From contig CAVYGR010000008.1 in NCBI GenBank assembly GCA_963768105.1, positions 233,023-297,022 of the forward strand: 64,000 nt of DNA, in the 5' to 3' direction. A model generated the notes under the pieces. The model made no database searches. It saw only the letters and a list, made by a program, of their open reading frames with translations, and was not told the DNA's origin. This DNA is from Candidatus Dormiibacterota bacterium. Lineage in GTDB: Bacteria > Chloroflexota > Dormibacteria > Aeolococcales > Aeolococcaceae. Every line of letters starts with the position of its first letter. The stretch's first letter is position 1. Shown in pieces: positions 19,274-26,786 of the stretch. A program made the translations under genes and the position numbers.

Positions 19274-19860
19274 CACATCGCCCCCCTGCCGGAGAGCACG
19301 GCTGGAATCGTCCTTGCCAGGATGCGGACATCGAGCAGGATCGACATGCGCTGGACGTAGAGGCCGTCGAGACGGATGCGCTCAGCCCGGCTCAGCCGCT
19401 GCCGGCCACTCACCTGCCAGAGACCCGTGATCCCGGGCCGCACAGCGAGCAGGAGACTTGCCGTCGCCCCCCACGCCGGGAGCTCCTCCGGGCTGATCAT
19501 CCTCGGGCCGACCAGGCTCATCTGACCTCTGACCACGTTGACGAGCTGTGGAAGCTCGTCGACGCTGCTGCGGCGCAGCCAGCGCCCGACCCGTGTCACG
19601 CGGGGATCGCCTGCAATCTTCATGGATGCGGAGCACACCTGACGAAGCTCGGGGTCGGCTGCGACGAGCGTGTCCGCCTCTCGCACCATGGTCCTGATCT
19701 TGTATGCGTCAAACGGGCGTCCGTACCGGCCCATGACCCGACGGCGATGGATCACCGGAGACCCGGAGTCGACCCACACCGCTGCCAGCGATGCGGCGAC
19801 CACAGGCGATGTCAGGACCAGCAGCAACAGCGCAGCCGCCACATCGAAACACCGCTTCAT
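19273..19860 (-). CDS. Small monotopic phosphoglycosyl transferase (PglC/WbaP C-terminal type)
   Basis: The start is MKRCFDVAAALLLLVLTSPV. Canonical motifs are FDAYKIRTM, GDPRVTRVGRWLRRSSVDELPQLVNVVRGQMSLVGPR and RPGITGLWQVSGR. Confidence 0.85.
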   Translation of the reverse strand: MKRCFDVAAALLLLVLTSPVVAASLAAVWVDSGSPVIHRRRVMGRYGRPFDAYKIRTMVREADTLVAADPELRQVCSASMKIAGDPRVTRVGRWLRRSSVDELPQLVNVVRGQMSLVGPRMISPEELPAWGATASLLLAVRPGITGLWQVSGRQRLSRAERIRLDGLYVQRMSILLDVRILARTIPAVLSGRGAM

Positions 19861-19895
19861 CGCGGGGTACGAGCCGACCAAAGACTCTCGACCGT

Positions 19896-21203
19896 TCACT
19901 GCGATCGCTCGACCGACAGCGCGGGGTTCGCGCCCGTTCCCGACCGACGCAGGTGGCTCCGCACTCGGCGAAAGAGGACCTGAAGATCCAGCATCACGCT
20001 GTACGCGCGGATGTAGTACAGCTCGCGAACCGACTGCTCGGCGGGGTCCTCGACCTCTCGCCACGGCCCGGTCAGACCGGGTCGCAGCCGGGCCGTGAGC
20101 CCCGGCCGTGAGCCCGCGTCGGCAGCGTCGACTGGGCGTGGCCCGACGATGGTCAGCTGACCGCTCAAGACGTTGAGCAAGCCGGGCAGCTTGCGGAGAA
20201 TCGCCGAGTCAAACGGCGCCGTTGAGCCAAACGTCAGGAGGTCAAAGGGGACGCCGGTCGCACCCACCACCCGGCGCCGCTCCACGATGCGGCGGCGCCC
20301 ATGCAGTCGTTGCCAGACAAGCAGCAGGCCGACCGCCGGGCTGCATGCGATCAGCAGCGCGGTGGCGATCGCGTAGTCGAGTGCGGCCTTCATCACTCGC
20401 TGCGGTCCGGTGAGCCGAGCCTGGTTGACCGTGAGCAGTGGGATGTCGTGCGATGCGGAGAACTTCACCCGCGTCGTGAGCAAGTCGTAATACCCGGCGG
20501 AGACATGGATCCGCGGCCCATCGGGCGCCATGGCGGCTGCGGTGATGACCTGGTTCAGCGTCTCCCAGGGAAGCGCTTGGGGCACGATGATCGCCTCATG
20601 TATCCCCGAACGAATCGCCACCTGGTTGAGGTTGGCCGGCCTGTCCACGACGCTGACTCCGGGGAGGAGCGGCGAGCCGATGCGGTGATAGTCATCCAGG
20701 AAGCCGACCACCCTCATTCCAGTGGGGTCGGCGTTGAGCTGTGCTGCGAGAGCGACGGAGTTGGCGTCGGCCCCGACCAGCAGGGTCGGACGAACGAAGC
20801 GGCCCCGGCGCTGCAGTGCGCGCGCACCGCGACGCAGCACATAACGAGACGTCAGCATCAAGGCCGCGGCCGCAACCCACGACACCCCGATCCACTCACG
20901 CGAGACCGGATGCCGGACGACAAAGCTCAGCAGACTCACCGCGGCGAGGCCGTAGAGACACGCGCGGACGACCGCCGAGTACTCGCGGGTGCCCGCGAGC
21001 AGGGTATCCGGATCGTAGGCTCGGAGTACTGTGAGGACGGCAATACCTGTGACCAGCATCAACCCGAGCAAGAACAGTGGACTGTCAGGATTGCGATGGC
21101 TGAGTGCCTGGTGAACGGAGATGCCAAGCCATCCTGCGATCAGGAGACATGCGGCATCGAGCAACACCAGCAGGGCGGTGTACCTGCGCCAGTCGGTCGT
21201 CAT
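19896..21203 (-). CDS. Large polytopic phosphoglycosyl-transferase-like protein with degenerate catalytic motifs
   Basis: N-terminal TM bundle, then a central NAD/CoA-binding-like region (LLVGADANSVALAAQL, VVGFLDD), then a C-terminal PGT-like domain. In that domain KFRTM is replaced by LLTFGS and SLDELPQL by AILRKLPGL. ATGA overlap with the hddA-like stop. Confidence 0.7.
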   Translation of the reverse strand: MTTDWRRYTALLVLLDAACLLIAGWLGISVHQALSHRNPDSPLFLLGLMLVTGIAVLTVLRAYDPDTLLAGTREYSAVVRACLYGLAAVSLLSFVVRHPVSREWIGVSWVAAAALMLTSRYVLRRGARALQRRGRFVRPTLLVGADANSVALAAQLNADPTGMRVVGFLDDYHRIGSPLLPGVSVVDRPANLNQVAIRSGIHEAIIVPQALPWETLNQVITAAAMAPDGPRIHVSAGYYDLLTTRVKFSASHDIPLLTVNQARLTGPQRVMKAALDYAIATALLIACSPAVGLLLVWQRLHGRRRIVERRRVVGATGVPFDLLTFGSTAPFDSAILRKLPGLLNVLSGQLTIVGPRPVDAADAGSRPGLTARLRPGLTGPWREVEDPAEQSVRELYYIRAYSVMLDLQVLFRRVRSHLRRSGTGANPALSVERSQ

Positions 21204-22237
21204 GAGCGGAGCGCGCTCATCGCCTTCGCGTACATGGTGTTGACGAGCACCATCGCGCCGCCCGTCTCGAAGCGAAAGTCCATGGCGTTGAGCCCGAGTG
21301 TCTGCAGGGTTGCGGTCACGCGTTCCTGGCGCTCCGGCTCGCAGTACAGGACGAGGAATCCGCCGCCACCGGCGCCGGTGATCTTCCCGCCCTCGGCCCC
21401 GGCCCCCCGGGCCGCCTCATACCATTGATCAATCCACGGATCGGAGATGCCCGGAGCCAGCTGCCGCTTCGCACTCCACGACCGGTCCAGGCACTCACCG
21501 ACGGACTCGATGTTGCCGCGGGCGAGTTCTTCGCGGAGCTCGATCGCAGCCTGCTTGATGGTGTGCAGGCTCCGGATCACGCTGCCGCGGTTCCGCTCAC
21601 TGCCGCGCTTCTGCTCGGAGAGGATCTGAGCGGAGTTTCGCGATCTGCCGGTGAAGAACAGCATCAAACGGTCCTCCAGCCGGCTGGTCACATCGTGGGG
21701 CAGATCGATCGGGCGCACGCTGACTCCCGACGAGGTGAACTCCATGTAATTCAAGCCGCCCACCGCGGCGGCGTACTGGTCCTGCCGTCCGATCGGCATG
21801 CCAAGCTTGTCGATCTCGACCTGGCAGGCCAGGTCGGCGACGTCTTCCTGCTTCATGGGGATGCGACAGAAAGCGGCCATCGCTTTGATCAGTGCCACCG
21901 CGACGGTGCTGGACGAGCCGAGCCCGGTCCCCGGGGGAACCTGCGACGCAAGAAAGACGGACAGCCCGGTATGGATGCCGAAGTGGTCGATGATCACCTT
22001 CGGCAGACGCAGGTCGCCGTCCCAGAGCGGCGGCTCGTCGAATCCGTACCTGTAGAACATCTGATAGTCGGACGACGACACCTGGATGTGTGGGGCGTCG
22101 TTCGGCGATGCGATGACGTAGAAGTACTTGTCGATCGTGGTGCTGATCACCGCCCCCCCGTATTTGCCGTAATAGGCTTCGAGGTCCGTCCCGCCTCCGG
22201 CGAGGCTGAGCCGGAGCGGGGCCCGCACGATCAACAC
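21200..22237 (-). CDS. hddA: GHMP-family sugar kinase, D-glycero-D-manno-heptose 7-phosphate kinase (HddA) type
   Basis: MLIVRAPLRLSLAGGGTDLEAYYGKYGGAVISTTIDKYFYV is the COG2605/HddA N-terminal signature. PPGTGLGSSSTVAVA is GHMP motif 2. Confidence 0.8.
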   Translation of the reverse strand: MLIVRAPLRLSLAGGGTDLEAYYGKYGGAVISTTIDKYFYVIASPNDAPHIQVSSSDYQMFYRYGFDEPPLWDGDLRLPKVIIDHFGIHTGLSVFLASQVPPGTGLGSSSTVAVALIKAMAAFCRIPMKQEDVADLACQVEIDKLGMPIGRQDQYAAAVGGLNYMEFTSSGVSVRPIDLPHDVTSRLEDRLMLFFTGRSRNSAQILSEQKRGSERNRGSVIRSLHTIKQAAIELREELARGNIESVGECLDRSWSAKRQLAPGISDPWIDQWYEAARGAGAEGGKITGAGGGGFLVLYCEPERQERVTATLQTLGLNAMDFRFETGGAMVLVNTMYAKAMSALRS

Positions 22238-22265
22238 GATGGCTCGCTCCGCGTCACCGGCTCAA

Positions 22266-22850
22266 TCAAGCAGCCTCCGGCGCACCGAGTTCGGTGATCG
22301 CATGCTCGAGAACGAGGTGACAGCCCTCCGTGACCCCGTAGTCATTGACGGGAACGTGAATCGCGACGTCGACCATGTCCACCAGGCGGCCGCCGCCGAA
22401 ACCAACCAAGGCGACCGTCACCGCGCCCAGGGCACGAGCGACCTCGATCGCGGCGAGAATATTGGGCGAGTTGCCGCTCGCGCTGATGGCGATCACGACG
22501 TCGCCGGGGTTGAGCAGATTTGTCAACTGCTCGGCGAACACACGCTCATATGAGGTGTCGTTTGCCCAGGCCGTGACAAGGGCAATGTTATCGGTGAGCG
22601 ACGTGACCCGGAGTCGTGCGCGGCCATCGACGATGGTGGCCTTGCCGAGATCGCAGGCGAAGTGGGTGGCGGTCGATGCACTGCCGCCGTTGCCGACCAT
22701 GTACAGGTTGCGCTTCGCGAGCTGCGCATCGACGATGATGTCGACGACGCGCTCGATGATCTCGAGCGGCACCGCGCCCAGCGCGACGTTCACGCTCTCG
22801 AAATGATCGCGGACCACCTCCGTGGTGGTTGGCTTCAGGGTCAGTGCCAT
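22266..22850 (-). CDS. gmhA: Phosphoheptose isomerase (SIS domain)
   Basis: NLYMVGNGGSASTATHFACDLGK and VVIAISASGNSPNIL. Length is 194 aa. Confidence 0.85.
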   Translation of the reverse strand: MALTLKPTTTEVVRDHFESVNVALGAVPLEIIERVVDIIVDAQLAKRNLYMVGNGGSASTATHFACDLGKATIVDGRARLRVTSLTDNIALVTAWANDTSYERVFAEQLTNLLNPGDVVIAISASGNSPNILAAIEVARALGAVTVALVGFGGGRLVDMVDVAIHVPVNDYGVTEGCHLVLEHAITELGAPEAA

Positions 22851-22965
22851 CCTTGTCTCCTCTCAAAGATGCGTCCAATCGCAATCGCCCGGCTCGCCGG
22901 ACAGGCTCCGCCGGCTCGGACACCTGGGGTGCGCGAGCTGCCCTCCGCGGGGCTGACCGACGAGG

Positions 22966-23466
22966 TCAGCCGGCCGCGCTGAGGATCGTGGGGTTTACAT
23001 CAACAGGGATCTGGCGCCCCAGCAGCCGCACGAGGATCCGCACCCGATCCGGTGCATCCAGGCACCGATCGAAGACGGCATCGATCATGGCGAGCGCTCC
23101 GGCCTCCACCCGCAGCCTCTGTCCTGGCTGGAACCCGGCTCCCAGGTGGCGCGGCTGCGCCGTCACGAGCCGCTGGCGCAGCTCCTCGAGCACGGCGTCG
23201 TCCATCACCGCGGGATCGGAGCCATGGCGGAGCACCTGACGAATGCCCGGCGCCCAATACACCCCATGCCACGCCGAGAAGTTCGCCGGCGGCCGGAAAA
23301 AGACGTAGCCGGGAAAAACCCAACGATGCCGCCCATCACGGACGCTGCCGGCGCGCGTCCCGCGAGGGTGGCGAAATTCAGGGGCATAACTCTCCGTGCC
23401 CTGGAGCGCGAGGAACCTGCAAACCTTCAACTCGGTTCCGGGTGCGGTGTTCGCCACGTACCACAT
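22966..23466 (-). CDS. Specialized NusG-family paralog (RfaH/LoaP/UpxY-like antiterminator candidate)
   Basis: The start is MWYVANTAPGTELKV at 23466. The NGN motif VFPGYVFF is present. The KOW-like C-terminus reads FQPGQRLRVEAGALAMIDAVFD...RILVRLLGRQIPVDV. There is no secE/rplK context. Confidence 0.75.
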   Translation of the reverse strand: MWYVANTAPGTELKVCRFLALQGTESYAPEFRHPRGTRAGSVRDGRHRWVFPGYVFFRPPANFSAWHGVYWAPGIRQVLRHGSDPAVMDDAVLEELRQRLVTAQPRHLGAGFQPGQRLRVEAGALAMIDAVFDRCLDAPDRVRILVRLLGRQIPVDVNPTILSAAG

Positions 23467-23671
23467 TCCCGCGCATCGTAGGTGGCAGCAGTTACATACC
23501 AGTGAGGACGATCGCCACGGACGCTGACGATTTCGTAACTCTGCGAGACCCTTTTCCATCGTGCGTGCGCCCGATCGCAGCTTGGAGGACCATGCCGGTC
23601 GGGAGGTCGGGGCCCGCGGCGGCGCTCATCCTCAAACGGACCACGGCCACAGGACTGTAACCGTCGAACGA

Positions 23672-24442
23672 TCAGGCGATGGCGGAATGCGTCGTGTCGT
23701 CCTGCTGCGCGGCGCCGAGGTCAATGGCGGTGGTCCGGTTCGACGCGGCCGCGAACACGTAGCCGAAGCCCCGCAGCGATCGAATGTAGAAATCGCCCTG
23801 CAGATGCGGTCGAATCTTCTTACGGAGCCGGAGCACGTAGACGTCGATCGCCTTGGCGGTGGCGACGAAGCTGTCTCCCCACGCCAGCTGAAGCAGCTGG
23901 TCCCGGCTCAGGACGCGATCCGGGTTCTCCATGAACACCCGAAGCAGGGTGAGCTCCCGGGGTGTGAGCGAAACCCGGACCCCCTTGACGACCACGGTCA
24001 TGTGCTGCTGGTCGAGCAGAACGTCCCCGATCGAGAGGCTGGTGTCCTCGGTGCGGGTCGCTCCCCGTGTGAGGCTGGCTCGCCGCAGCAGAGCGCGTAC
24101 GCGAGCCAGGAATTCATGTGGGGAGAATGGTTTCCTGATGTAGTCATCGGCGGCGGTCGTGAGGCCGCGCACGACCTGATCCTCCTCGCCGCGCTCGGAA
24201 ACGATGATGATCGGGACCAGCGGATTCAGCTTCCGGATCTGCTGACACAGACGGACTCCGTCGTGATGCGGCAGCGCGGTTTCGATGGTCACGAGGTCGA
24301 CCGCGTAGGCCTGGATGATCTCGAAGGCAACCTTCCCGTCGAGCGCCGTAAATGTGCGGTGGCCGTCCTGCTTGAGCAGGAAGGTCATCAGCTCCAGTTG
24401 GAGTGGGTCGGGCTCAATGACCAGTACCGTCGCCACACCCAC
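23672..24442 (-). CDS. OmpR/PhoB-family response regulator with non-canonical receiver (Glu at the phospho-acceptor position)
   Basis: Receiver plus winged-helix architecture (DDYIRKPFSPHEFLARVRALLRR; LTPRELTLLRVFMENPDRVLSRDQLL; IDVYVLRLRKKI). Hand alignment to OmpR puts VTIETALP opposite MVLDLMLP and VIEPD opposite VVDDD. Confidence 0.85.
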   Translation of the reverse strand: MGVATVLVIEPDPLQLELMTFLLKQDGHRTFTALDGKVAFEIIQAYAVDLVTIETALPHHDGVRLCQQIRKLNPLVPIIIVSERGEEDQVVRGLTTAADDYIRKPFSPHEFLARVRALLRRASLTRGATRTEDTSLSIGDVLLDQQHMTVVVKGVRVSLTPRELTLLRVFMENPDRVLSRDQLLQLAWGDSFVATAKAIDVYVLRLRKKIRPHLQGDFYIRSLRGFGYVFAAASNRTTAIDLGAAQQDDTTHSAIA

Positions 24443-24623
24443 ACCCCCGTGCTGGCGGCAACTGGGTGATGGGCGAGCTCACAGGGGGCAGATCGATGTC
24501 CCCCACGCCGCGAGCCAAAGGAATCCCAACGTCGCGCCAACGGACGCGACGATGTGCCGTCCCCATCGGTGTCCCCACTGCCCCTCCGAAACGCTCCCCC
24601 TGGCGGTTCGAGCGTTCGGAAGG

Positions 24624-24651
24624 ATAATCCATCTGACAGGAGCGATGTCAA
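24624..24651 (-). promoter_or_regulatory. Candidate sigma-70/SigA-type promoter upstream of the regulator gene
   Basis: The minus strand reads TTGACA (24651-24646), a 16-nt spacer, then GATTAT (24629-24624). This is about 180 nt upstream of the response-regulator start. It is a motif match only. Confidence 0.25.
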
Positions 24652-24790
24652 GAACGACAGGATCTTGGCTGCCTCTTAACCGGAGACCAGCTTCGCCAGA
24701 TGGGCCTTGTACAGCGCTCCCATACCGGCTGTGGTCAAAAGTGGACTGCACACCAGTGGATTGGGCATGGTGGTCGGGGCAAAGCGGGCC

Positions 24791-25855
24791 TCATCTGACG
24801 ATCAGGTGGGTGGGAGTGAACGACCAGGCGTTGTAGCTGACGTGGTGGGCATCCATGTAGGCCAGGAATCGGTTAACGACTGATATTGCTGTGGTTGTGC
24901 TGAGGTGAAGATCCGAACACATGGATGCGTACTGCCCGTTGGGCAGGAATGCCCACTCACCCACGAACACCGGGAGGGTAGCCGCCTCGACGCCGAACAT
25001 GGGGTCCCAGTATTGAGACGAAAGGTCGCCCTGGAAGTACGTGTGGACGGAGTACACGACATTGGTGTCCGCAAGCAGATGCCGGGTCACGCCGGTCAGG
25101 TTGTCGACATTGACCGCCTCGGCGACCAGCGGTTGGGTCACCGCGCCGGCGTTACGTATCGCGTGAGCCAGCTGATCGAACCCGACGACCTGCACCGACG
25201 CTCCTGACGCGCTCGCAACCGAGCCACCATGTGCCCAGATATTCCATTCGGCGTCGGTCGTGGGGCCGGACCCGATGCTGGGCTCGTTGAAGAGATCGAA
25301 GAGGACATTGGGATCGCTGCGAAATGCAGCGGCCACGCTTGCCCACTGGCTCACGACCTCCGGGTGAGGCAGCGAGATGCCGGCGACGGCGCAGCCCGCG
25401 CGCTTGTCCTCGAACAACGCCAGGACGACGTATAGCCCAGCGGTTTCGGCTTGTCGGGCAAGCTGGATAAGCCGGGGAAGGTATCCCGCGTCGCTGCTGA
25501 CCAGGCAGGCGCTGAAGGGCAGACGCAGCTCATTCATTCCCCACGAATGCATCGCCGCGAACGCGGCCGGCGTCAGCCATGTCGTCGTTTGATACGCGCC
25601 GGCGACGTTGTAACTCTGAATCTGGGCTCCGCGAAGGACCACCGGCGTGCCCCCCGCGTCGACCAGCAGCCTGCCCTCGGTGTGCAGTGGACCATGCAAT
25701 TGCGAATCCAGTGCCGGGCGCGACGGTGACGCCGAAGTGGGTGGCGAGGGGACCGCCGGCGTGGGGGTGGGCACGACCGCGGCGGTGCTCGAACACGCAA
25801 CCATCACGACGGCTGCGAGTGCTGCGAGTGTCGCTCGGACTGGCCTGCGAAACAC
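24791..25855 (-). CDS. Glycoside hydrolase family 5 (endoglucanase-like), probable lipoprotein or secreted
   Basis: The signal peptide has a possible lipobox (AAVVMVACSS). LFDLFNEP carries the acid/base Glu. VFVGEWAF carries the nucleophile Glu. MNELRLPF is also present. Confidence 0.8.
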   Translation of the reverse strand: MFRRPVRATLAALAAVVMVACSSTAAVVPTPTPAVPSPPTSASPSRPALDSQLHGPLHTEGRLLVDAGGTPVVLRGAQIQSYNVAGAYQTTTWLTPAAFAAMHSWGMNELRLPFSACLVSSDAGYLPRLIQLARQAETAGLYVVLALFEDKRAGCAVAGISLPHPEVVSQWASVAAAFRSDPNVLFDLFNEPSIGSGPTTDAEWNIWAHGGSVASASGASVQVVGFDQLAHAIRNAGAVTQPLVAEAVNVDNLTGVTRHLLADTNVVYSVHTYFQGDLSSQYWDPMFGVEAATLPVFVGEWAFLPNGQYASMCSDLHLSTTTAISVVNRFLAYMDAHHVSYNAWSFTPTHLIVR

Positions 25856-26213
25856 GCGGCTAGCCTACTCGCCGGTCGCGAGGAGGCTGCCTGATCTGTT
25901 ATGGCGTATCGGTCTCCGGCCGGCGCTTTCGCACCACGTCGCCAACATAGAGACGCTTGCCGCAGCCGAGGCACTTGAAGATCGGCCGCCCCGGCGGCTG
26001 CGGCCAGTCATCGGGCCCACGTTCATCTCGTGTCGTTGGAGCGAAGTTCAGCGGGATCAGACGATCGGCCCCGCAGTGGCCGCAAAAGAGCAAAACGTGC
26101 GAATGGTGGCAGCCTGGGGACGTTCGGTGTGTTCGCTGGATTACCGACGCGCATATCGGCGATGATTGGGTTCTCAAAGCCGGACGCTTGAGCTGAACGA
26201 TCGTGAAGGAACG

Positions 26214-26771
26214 GAGATGACGGAACCGGTGAGCAGGCCCTCGCTGCGTCAGAAGCTGCTGATTGCCGCCGGAGCCTGCCTCGTCCTGCTGGTTGCGACC
26301 GTCGAGCTGGCGCCCGTCGTGCACTCTCCCGGCCCGAAGACGAGCCCCGCACTCGCGCCCGCGGAACGGCGAAGCTTCACGGCGGTCGCAAGCGCGTCCG
26401 GGGCGCTGACGCGAGCCGGCTCGAGCTTCGTCATCTGGGCGCCCTTCAGCCAGGGCGACGATGTGCGTCTCCGGGTCGGCCAGCCGGGGTTGGTCAGCGT
26501 CGACGCGTTGCCGGGTCAGAGCTTTGCTTCCAAGGTCATTTACATCGAGACCAGCGCGACCCAGGTCAACGGGGTGCCCGAGTACTTCGCGGAGAGCACG
26601 CTCACCACCACCGACCCGCGCCTGCGCAACGGTCAGACCGCGACCGTGAACGTCACGGTGGCAAGCGTCAGCTACGTCCTGACGGTGCCGCCCCATGCGC
26701 TGTTCAGCGGTGCGAGCGGTGCGCTCCAGGGCCTCCAGCAGGGAGAGCAGGTCATGCTCGCTCCCGGGTAA
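26214..26771 (+). CDS. Truncated HlyD/membrane-fusion-protein-like protein (TM anchor plus beta-barrel region only)
   Basis: MTEPVSRPSLRQKLLIAAGACLVLLV forms the anchor. VSVDALPGQSFASKVIYIETSATQVNGVPEYFAESTL...LRNGQTATVNVTV...VLTVPPHAL resembles the C-terminal part of RND/ABC adaptor proteins. Third-position GC is high. Confidence 0.4.
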   Translation, partial: EMTEPVSRPSLRQKLLIAAGACLVLLVATVELAPVVHSPGPKTSPALAPAERRSFTAVASASGALTRAGSSFVIWAPFSQGDDVRLRVGQPGLVSVDALPGQSFASKVIYIETSATQVNGVPEYFAESTLTTTDPRLRNGQTATVNVTVASVSYVLTVPPHALFSGASGALQGLQQGEQVMLAPG

Positions 26772-26786
26772 GAGACGGGCCACTGC

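Noticed and set aside
22851-23671. Search for an RfaH-type ops element (GGCGGTAG-like) in the leaders around the NusG paralog
   Set aside because: I saw no convincing match on the transcribed strand. I noted only a 7-bp hairpin, GCTGACC-GACGA-GGTCAGC, near 22941-22960. A lineage-specific element cannot be recognised without comparative data.
24600-24622. GGTTCGAG motif reminiscent of a tRNA T-arm
   Set aside because: No acceptor, D or anticodon arms can be drawn around it. It is part of the leader hairpin. I recognised no tRNA or rRNA anywhere in the window.
25899-26783. 294-aa minus-strand ORF overlapping the HlyD-like gene
   Set aside because: Most of it is an Arg-rich antisense reading of 26214..26771. 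Only its last roughly 65 codons, which lie outside that gene, look potentially coding, and I report those separately as a low-interest finding.
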